DNA from: Acidimicrobiia bacterium
GTDB lineage: Bacteria > Actinomycetota > Acidimicrobiia > Spongiisociales > UBA5794
Direction of reading: 5' to 3'
Length of the DNA: 64,000 bases
NCBI GenBank assembly: GCA_030065575.1
Contig: JASJDZ010000005.1
Coordinates: 1,114-65,113, forward strand
Of this stretch, positions 57,866 to 64,000 are shown one piece after another (within the stretch, counting starts at the first letter, position 1; each line of letters opens with the position of its first letter). Both the position numbers and the translations under genes were made by a program. The notes under the pieces were generated by a model. The model saw only the letters and a program-made list of their open reading frames with translations, did no database searches and was not told the origin of the DNA.

Positions 57866-58866
57866 CCGATCTCCGTCGCGATGAGGTCCCGGAGTTGCTC
57901 GACAGTCAGAAACACCTTGTTGGCGTCGCTGCTGTAGTGGAATCCCGGCTCCGTCGGTGTGCCGGGCGAGGTACTGCTCGTCAGCCGGAACTCCTCTTCG
58001 TCCCACTGTCGATACGAGGGCTTGATGACGTAGTAGTCGTCGAACTCAACGGTCGACAGTGAGTCCGTTCGCGTGATGAGGTCCTCGTGAACCTTCTCGC
58101 CGGGCCGGATGCCCACGATCTCGATCCTGGCGTCGGGATCTACGGCTTCGGCGACGTCGAGGATCCGGTAGGAAGGGATCTTGGGGACGAACAACTCGCC
58201 GCCCCACATACGCTCGAGACAGTCAATGACAAAGTCGACGCCCTGTTGCAGGGTGATGTTGAAACGGGTCATCTCGGGGTCGGTGATGGGGAGGACACCG
58301 GTCTTGGCCTTCTCGATGAAGAATGGGATCACCGAACCACGGCTGCCCATCACGTTGCCGTAGCGCACGGCGGCAAACCGGATGTCACGATTGCCGCGGT
58401 GGTTATTGGCGGCGATGAAGAGCTTGTCCGACGCCAGCTTGGTCGTCCCGTATAGGTTGATCGGTGCGGCCGCCTTGTCGGTGCTGAGGGCGATGACTCG
58501 CTGGACGCCGTTGTCCATCGACGCGTTGATGACGTTCTCGGCACCGAGGATGTTTGTCTTGACGGCCTCGAAAGGGTTGTACTCGGCAGCAGGCACCTGC
58601 TTCATCGCAGCGGCATGCACTACTACGTCGACTCCCTCCAGGGCCTTGCGCAGCCTCTTCTCGTCGCGAACGTCGCCGATGAACCAGCGCAGCGTCGAAT
58701 CGTGAGACGAGAACGGTTCGAGGTGTTGCATCTCGAACTGCTTGAGTTCATCGCGGCTGTAGATGATCACCTTGCTGGGGGAAAACCGGGTCAGCGCGGT
58801 AGCGGCAAACCGCTTTCCGAACGAGCCGGTGCCGCCGGTGATCAGGATATTCTTACCGTTGAGCAT
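57862..58866 (-). CDS. pseB: UDP-N-acetylglucosamine 4,6-dehydratase (inverting), PseB-like (alternative ATG at 58890)
   Basis: MLNGKNILITGGTGSFGKRF, YGTTK catalytic motif. TATAGT 9 nt upstream of ATG 58866. Confidence 0.9.
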   Translation of the reverse strand: MLNGKNILITGGTGSFGKRFAATALTRFSPSKVIIYSRDELKQFEMQHLEPFSSHDSTLRWFIGDVRDEKRLRKALEGVDVVVHAAAMKQVPAAEYNPFEAVKTNILGAENVINASMDNGVQRVIALSTDKAAAPINLYGTTKLASDKLFIAANNHRGNRDIRFAAVRYGNVMGSRGSVIPFFIEKAKTGVLPITDPEMTRFNITLQQGVDFVIDCLERMWGGELFVPKIPSYRILDVAEAVDPDARIEIVGIRPGEKVHEDLITRTDSLSTVEFDDYYVIKPSYRQWDEEEFRLTSSTSPGTPTEPGFHYSSDANKVFLTVEQLRDLIATEIG

Positions 58867-58875
58867 GATTTGCCC

Positions 58876-58881
58876 ACTATA
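58876..58881 (-). promoter_or_regulatory. -10-like hexamer TATAGT, 9 nt upstream of pseB ATG 58866
   Basis: Plus strand ACTATA. Same geometry as TATAAT upstream of the ABC permease gene. Confidence 0.4.
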
Positions 58882-58916
58882 CGCCACCATCGGAGACCAG
58901 CCGGCTCGGTGCCCCC

Positions 58917-60848
58917 TCAGAAACGATCGCGCAGCCGGCGGACTCCTCGCACCAGCGGCTCGGCGGCGCGGCTGAGCGTCAGCGCAGCGCGCACAGACCG
59001 ACGATTGCGAAGTCGGTCGTATCGCTCTCGCTCCTGGGTTCTGACCTCATCCCGGGTGTCGGTGACCCGCTTCTGGGTGGCATAGAGAGCATCTCGCGTA
59101 TCGAAGTACTGCTTCATCCAGCCGGCAGCGGCCATGGCCGTTGCCCTATTGCGGGACCAGACCGGTTCCGGGCAGGAGTCCAGCCGGGGCAAGTCCAGTC
59201 GCGGATCTGTCCAGAGGGACAGGAACCGTTCCCGGTTCTTCCGCCAGAGCCCCTTCCAATCGTCGAGCTTGGTTCCGGCGGTTCCCTTGGAAACGTGGGT
59301 GACCAGCACTCGTTCGTCGATGACGACGTCCAGGTCATTCACCCACACGCGAAAAGCGAGATCGACATCCTCGCCGCTCGCCACCTCGTAGTACTCGGGG
59401 AAGCCGCCAAGAGCGCGCGCCGTGTCCGTCTTCATCACCCACACCACCGCTCCCGGGGGCGCCGAGAAGGGAGGAATCGCATAGGTTCGGGTTCCCGGCT
59501 CGGTGAGCACGTTGATCGGATTTGAAGCGGCTGTGACTGCCGGCGCGACGATTCCAGCCTTCGGGTGCCGGGCAAGGGTCTCGAGTACCTGACTCGCCCA
59601 GTTGGCCCGGAAGACAGTGTCGTTGTTGATGAAGGCAACGTATTCCCCGGTCGCGGCCGCCAGCCCCTGGTTCATGCCTACGGCGAAGCCCAGGTTGGTC
59701 TCATTGAGAATCGCCGTGTCGGCGGCTTGTTCGGCGTAGGAGCGGGCCACCGGCTGTGAGCCGTTATCGACGATCACGAGCTCGTACTCAACGTCGGTAT
59801 GGAGGCGGAGGCTGGTGACGCACTTCTCGGTGAGTAGCTTCTGATCCCACGGGAGTACTACCAAGGACAGAGTCGGATTGGCGGGCGGGGTGCGAAGCAG
59901 TGGGCCGGTATGGCGGCGGTGGTCGATCTCGCCTCTGCCGGCTGCTTCGAGGATTCGCTCGAGGTCGGCGGCGCTCTTCGACCACGAGAAGCGTTCCCGA
60001 ACTATGTCCAAGCCCCCTTGGCGCAGTCGCTCCCGAAGTGCCGGATCACGACGGATTCTGGCTATGGCATCGGCCATGGCTCGAGGATCGCGGGGCGGCA
60101 CCACCAGTGCTGTCTCGCCGTCGATCGCGTAGTCCCGGCATCCGCCGTTGTCCGTGGTTACCAGGGGGGTCCCACAGGCGAGGGACTCGATTCCCGGTTG
60201 TCCGAATCCCTCGAAGTCGCTGCCAACAACGAACACCTCGGCTTTGCCGTATTCCTCTGCCATCGCGCTCTGGGGAAGATCCTTGCCTGCGTACTTCTCG
60301 ACCGGCAGGTCCAGGATTCGGGCCGCTTCGAGGATCACGTCGTGGCCTTTCCACGGGCGAGTGTCGCCCATGGTCAGGATGGGGTACTCCTTGGGCACAT
60401 CGACACTGTGGAAGTGGTCGGGGTTGATGCCTCCCGAGAAGGTCTCTGGGCGTATCCCGGTCTCCCGCTCGAGCATGTCTGCGGTCCATGTGCTGTTGGC
60501 CAGGAAGAGATCCACATCCTTGTGCAGGCTTTCCCAGCTGCCCTCCTTGTCGTACAGGCGGGCGTAGTGCAAAGCGAAGTAGACCGTCCGTCCGGCATTG
60601 GGGAACGTGTCGAGGTAATGCCAGTCCGGCTCGTTGTTGTAGATGACGAAGTCAAGGGTGTCCTCGTTGACCTCCTCGAGGTGCTTCACAGCACCGGCAC
60701 AGGGCATCCAGTCACAGCTGGCGGGGACGTTGGGCGGAACGAAGTAGGTGATCTCGTGGCCGCGATCGACAAGGTGGTTTCCGAGTTCAACAACTCGCCG
60801 AATACCGCCAAAACGTCCCATATGAGGCTCGATGAAGCCGATTCGCAT
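58917..60848 (-). CDS. Two-module glycosyltransferase: N-terminal GT4 (EX7E) plus GT2 module, C-terminal coiled/basic tail
   Basis: GGIRRVVELGNHLVDRGHEITYF and EGFGQPGIE (EX7E). LSLVVLPWDQ...ELVIVDNGS...FAVGMNQG GT2 motifs. Tail RNRRSVRAALTLSRAAEPLVRGVRRLRDRF. Confidence 0.85.
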   Translation of the reverse strand: MRIGFIEPHMGRFGGIRRVVELGNHLVDRGHEITYFVPPNVPASCDWMPCAGAVKHLEEVNEDTLDFVIYNNEPDWHYLDTFPNAGRTVYFALHYARLYDKEGSWESLHKDVDLFLANSTWTADMLERETGIRPETFSGGINPDHFHSVDVPKEYPILTMGDTRPWKGHDVILEAARILDLPVEKYAGKDLPQSAMAEEYGKAEVFVVGSDFEGFGQPGIESLACGTPLVTTDNGGCRDYAIDGETALVVPPRDPRAMADAIARIRRDPALRERLRQGGLDIVRERFSWSKSAADLERILEAAGRGEIDHRRHTGPLLRTPPANPTLSLVVLPWDQKLLTEKCVTSLRLHTDVEYELVIVDNGSQPVARSYAEQAADTAILNETNLGFAVGMNQGLAAATGEYVAFINNDTVFRANWASQVLETLARHPKAGIVAPAVTAASNPINVLTEPGTRTYAIPPFSAPPGAVVWVMKTDTARALGGFPEYYEVASGEDVDLAFRVWVNDLDVVIDERVLVTHVSKGTAGTKLDDWKGLWRKNRERFLSLWTDPRLDLPRLDSCPEPVWSRNRATAMAAAGWMKQYFDTRDALYATQKRVTDTRDEVRTQERERYDRLRNRRSVRAALTLSRAAEPLVRGVRRLRDRF

Positions 60849-60879
60849 CGCTCTCCGTTCGGTGCTGCTGGCGCAGTCT

Positions 60880-60908
60880 CGCAGGTTGCATCAGTGATGC
60901 AATCTGCG
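60880..60908. other. 29-bp near-perfect palindrome CGCAG-g-TTGCATCA-g-TGATGCAA-t-CTGCG abutting the stop codon of the upstream GT gene (hairpin or operator)
   Basis: Read directly. 13 of 14 arm positions pair. Lies in the 60-bp gap between two giant GT genes. Confidence 0.5.
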
Positions 60909-63899
60909 TCACATCGGCTGCCGCGGCTCAATCTCTTCGATCAACTCCATAATGCGCCGGGCCCTGGCGGCGAAGGTGTGGTCCTGCAACACGATGTCCT
61001 GTGCCCGTTGCATTCTCACGGCGAATCCGTCCCGATCATCGTGGAGGCGGTCCAGCAGATCCTGAAGTTGCTCGGCTGAGTCGAACGTCGGGATCAGGTC
61101 GCCGAATACTGTCTCGAGTCCCGCCACCGGGTCGGTGAAGACGATCCCTCCGGCCGCAACGATGTCAAAGACCCGGTTCGAGATGAAGCCCAACCGCGCC
61201 ATGTCCGGCCAGTGGTCGTTGAGATTGACACCGGCCGAGGCGTAGAGAGCGCCGAGACGCTCGTTGGGGAAGTGCTCGCCTGCCCAGTAGCTCTCGGGGA
61301 GGATGCCGTCCCAACCCTGCCCGTAGACGCGCAGGGGCGCATTGATCGCCAGTGCATGCTCGATTGCCCGGCGCGGCCGCCCCCTTGTGTTGCCGACGAA
61401 TAGCACCTCGGTAACGATCTCGGCGTCAGGCTCGGGCGGGGACGGGTCGGGTCGGGCTGCCTGGTGCATCACTTCGACCGGCACCGCAACGCGGGAGCGC
61501 AGTTCATCCGCATACGGTTCTGACGCAACCAACACCAGGTCGTATGCCTCGCACTCCGTTTCCGATACCTGTTCGGGATGGGAGATGATCCAGAGGATGT
61601 TCTTGTGGGCCGGCTTGGGGACGTACGTTCCCAAACCGCGGATGTGAATGACTACGTCGACGCTGTGCGACCCGGGCAACTCCCAGTCGGACTGGTATTG
61701 GATAGCGGGGTTGGCTCCTTCGCCGGCGAGGCTGGCGGCGAGGGCCTCGGCGAAGTAGGTGTCACCCCAGAACCGGGATGCGAGACGCCCCGGGGTACCG
61801 ATCTTGAGTGCGATTCGTGGCCGGGACAGCGCGGTGAGGGCTGCTTTGCGAATGTCGCCTACCCGCCGAGTGTAGGTGTGGCGATCCAGCACGGTGCGCC
61901 GGAGCTTCTGGACCGTCTGCAGGCGCAGCGCTTCGTCCTTCAGGTACTGATCGAGCAGTTCCCTCTGGTGTTTTTCGTGCTCATAGACCGGCAACTCTCC
62001 GGCGAAGATCTCCTCTGACCCCGCTGCATTGTCGGTCAAGACCAGCGCTCCTGTCGCCGTCGCGTCGAAGATGGGTGCGCTCAGCACTCCCTCGGTGTTC
62101 GCCGAATTAGTGGCAGCGTCGATGATGACCTTGCTCGAGGCGTACACATCGGGAAGATCCTCATATCGGACGGGCCCCCGGCTGTACCGGTTCAGTTTGG
62201 GGACGGCTGCCCATCCTCGTCCGTAGATGCTGAACCTCTCGTGGGCGTGCACGATTGCCTTCTCTAGCCCGTAGCGAGGGCTGCCGTGATGGTTCGCCGT
62301 CGCGGCGAAGTCGTTCTCAAATGCAGGGTCGGCCGGATGGGGGAAGAAGCGCTGCTCGTTGGTGGCCAGGGGGAGCGGTTCTGTCGCGGCGATCCCAGCA
62401 GCAACGAGTAGGGCGGCCGATGCCTGGCTTCCCGGCACATACACGTTGTAGTGCCGGAACCATGGTTGCACCATCCAGTCGCTCGTAGCACCGTGGATCC
62501 ACGCAAGCTTGAGAGCTCCCGACGGAGCCTTGCGGACGTCGTAGTCGGCGTGGAGGCTGATCACTATCGATACGTCGTCCCCGATCTCGTACCAGCCATC
62601 GTTGTGTGCCTCCGCCAGAACGACCTCATATCCATCGGCCTCGAGTGCGTTGCCGAGTTCGTGAGCAACCTCCCAGTCACTCGATCCGCCCGCGGGATCC
62701 TTGCGTGTGGTCGTTATTGCGACGGTGGTGGGGACCTGATCCCCGGTGTCCTCGGGAACCAATTGTGCGGCAAGCAGGGAGCGAGAGAGCAGTGGATCCC
62801 ACTTCTCCGCAAATCGCCGGGTGTTGGCGCTGTGTGCGGCGGGCTGAGCCGATTTCTCTCCCAGTGCGGCCCTTCTGTAGCGGAATAGAGCCGCTTGGCC
62901 GACTACGGCGACTTCGTACCCTCGTTGTCCCATGGCGAGGGTCAGGTCAACACCTTCTAGCCCATTGACGAAACCCTCGTCGATAGCGCCCAGTTCCCGC
63001 ACCAGTGCCGTGCCGCTCAGGATGCAGCCGAGGGGCAACGCCGGGACTGGTTGGGAGTCGACGAAGTCTTCCGGGGAAGGTGCTGCGGTGGTTCCGATGG
63101 AGGATGTCACCGGGGCCGGTCTCGTGTCTGCTGTTGGCCGTCTGAGGTGGAATGCGGCCCCCTTCTCATAGCCGGCGACGACAGCCGCGTCGATAGGTTG
63201 TTCCGGATCTGGGGAGAGGTCGACGAGCACGGGGGCAACGGCGGCCCGTTTCGGGTTGGCCTGCAGGTCAGCGACGAGTGCGCCGAGCCATCCCGCACTG
63301 ATCGGGGCGAGATCGCCGCGCATCAGAAGGACAAACTCACCAGTTGCTTCCGCCACGCACAGGTTGACCGCTCGGGCGTATGACATGGCGGCATTGCCTG
63401 CTACCACCCGGATTGGGAAGCCCCAGTCCTCCGTCATCGGCTCGGCCGCCTCGTTTGGATAGCAGTCGGCCAGCACCACCTCAAAGGATCTGTATGCGGT
63501 TGAGTTGCGCAGTCCCGATAGGAACCTGTCCCTGCTGTGCCCGCCATCGCGATCGACCATGACGATCGAGACCAGCGGCCCAGATGTCGGCCCGCTGGTG
63601 GGCAAGATGCCGCTCAGTCGGGATGCCAGATCTCCCGCAGTGGTGGCGGTCGAATCCTGACCCCGAGGTTGTCTGCGGGCGAGGCGGACCACCGGCTTGA
63701 CGAGCTCGGCAAGGCGTAGCGCCATGCGGACGGATCGACGATTGCTCAGGTCGGCCGTTCTGCGCTGCTGCTTGGCCAGTTCGGCTTCCAGATTTGCCGC
63801 ACGATCCTCGAGTTCGGCACGCTTTTGCCGTTCCCGGCGCAGTGCGGCCCGGAGCGCCTTTTCGCTCTCGGCCCCGGATCCAGATTCGGCTTCGGTCAT
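60909..63899 (-). CDS. Three-module glycosyltransferase: N-terminal coiled coil and basic motif, GT2 module, two CgeB-like (DUF3880/Glyco_trans_1_2-like) GT-B modules
   Basis: N-terminal heptad-rich EKALRAALRRERQKRAELEDRAANLEAELAKQQ. LVSIVMVDRDG...FEVVLADC GT2-like. PIFDATATGALVLTD and RVFDIVAAGGIVFTD paralogous motifs. Confidence 0.85.
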   Translation of the reverse strand: MTEAESGSGAESEKALRAALRRERQKRAELEDRAANLEAELAKQQRRTADLSNRRSVRMALRLAELVKPVVRLARRQPRGQDSTATTAGDLASRLSGILPTSGPTSGPLVSIVMVDRDGGHSRDRFLSGLRNSTAYRSFEVVLADCYPNEAAEPMTEDWGFPIRVVAGNAAMSYARAVNLCVAEATGEFVLLMRGDLAPISAGWLGALVADLQANPKRAAVAPVLVDLSPDPEQPIDAAVVAGYEKGAAFHLRRPTADTRPAPVTSSIGTTAAPSPEDFVDSQPVPALPLGCILSGTALVRELGAIDEGFVNGLEGVDLTLAMGQRGYEVAVVGQAALFRYRRAALGEKSAQPAAHSANTRRFAEKWDPLLSRSLLAAQLVPEDTGDQVPTTVAITTTRKDPAGGSSDWEVAHELGNALEADGYEVVLAEAHNDGWYEIGDDVSIVISLHADYDVRKAPSGALKLAWIHGATSDWMVQPWFRHYNVYVPGSQASAALLVAAGIAATEPLPLATNEQRFFPHPADPAFENDFAATANHHGSPRYGLEKAIVHAHERFSIYGRGWAAVPKLNRYSRGPVRYEDLPDVYASSKVIIDAATNSANTEGVLSAPIFDATATGALVLTDNAAGSEEIFAGELPVYEHEKHQRELLDQYLKDEALRLQTVQKLRRTVLDRHTYTRRVGDIRKAALTALSRPRIALKIGTPGRLASRFWGDTYFAEALAASLAGEGANPAIQYQSDWELPGSHSVDVVIHIRGLGTYVPKPAHKNILWIISHPEQVSETECEAYDLVLVASEPYADELRSRVAVPVEVMHQAARPDPSPPEPDAEIVTEVLFVGNTRGRPRRAIEHALAINAPLRVYGQGWDGILPESYWAGEHFPNERLGALYASAGVNLNDHWPDMARLGFISNRVFDIVAAGGIVFTDPVAGLETVFGDLIPTFDSAEQLQDLLDRLHDDRDGFAVRMQRAQDIVLQDHTFAARARRIMELIEEIEPRQPM

Positions 63900-63901
63900 C
63901 G

Positions 63902-64000
63902 TTAGATCTCGGGCTCGACTTCGGGTCGTTCGTTTTGGTGCGTGGCAGCTACCGCATCGGGCTTCCCCCGAGGTTCGTAGTATGCCGCAATTCCGACCAG
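63902..64000 (-). CDS. 3-prime end of a further minus-strand gene running out of the window (32 codons + TAA)
   Basis: Reverse translation LVGIAAYYEPRGKPDAVAATHQNERPEVEPEI-stop. The stop lies 2 nt upstream of the next ATG. Too short for assignment. Confidence 0.4.
   Translation of the reverse strand: MVGIAAYYEPRGKPDAVAATHQNERPEVEPEI

Noticed and set aside
59910-61079. 389-aa plus-strand ORF spanning two minus-strand GT genes and their intergenic gap
   Set aside because: It is antisense to ORFs with clear GT4/GT2 motifs and crosses the palindromic intergenic region. High-GC artefact.

Overview
High-GC actinobacterial-type chromosome segment (possibly Acidimicrobiia or a relative; weak inference from gene order and SLH-type proteins). 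Nt 1-21.4 kb is conserved core in the Mycobacterium-like order lysA-hom-thrC-rho-rpmE-prfA-prmC-tsaC-...-atp. It holds lysA (5-prime partial), an inserted polytopic membrane protein, hom, thrC, rho, a Cys-less rpmE, DUF1385, prfA, prmC, a tsaC-like gene, glyA and the full F1Fo operon (atpZ/I-B-E-F-H-A-G-D-C). An orphan PAS histidine kinase and a convergent SRPBCC gene follow. thrB and the wecA/rfe-type gene expected in this synteny are absent. From 21.86 kb to the window end lies a ~42 kb cell-envelope glycan island. It encodes a WbaP-type phosphoglycosyl transferase and two adjacent secreted proteins with triple C-terminal SLH-like domains: a 987-aa Calx-beta/PKD S-layer-like protein and an HEXXH metalloprotease-like protein. 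It also encodes a GT2, three giant multi-module glycosyltransferases (one with an N-terminal methyltransferase and a coiled coil), an MBOAT plus AlgX/AlgJ-like O-acetylation pair and an AT3 acyltransferase. Further genes are cysDNC (PAPS synthesis), Wzm/Wzt-type ABC exporter genes, a large polytopic membrane protein, a GtrB-like polyprenyl-phosphate glycosyltransferase and a CDP-glucose pathway (rfbF, rfbG, SDR). The rest comprises a TPR protein with an uncharacterised ~600-aa C-terminal domain and a pseudaminic-acid-type operon (pseB, pseC, pseF, pseG with a GNAT-like tail, ATP-grasp, SDR, pseI). I recognised no rRNA, tRNA, CRISPR, transposase or integrase. The most interesting hypothesis is that the island is a self-contained S-layer/secondary-cell-wall-polymer system making a nonulosonic-acid-containing, methylated, O-acetylated and possibly sulfated glycan. 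Its terminator/ruler protein, nonulosonic acid transferase and sulfotransferase are all uncharacterised. All family assignments come from motif recognition by eye and need HMM or BLAST confirmation.
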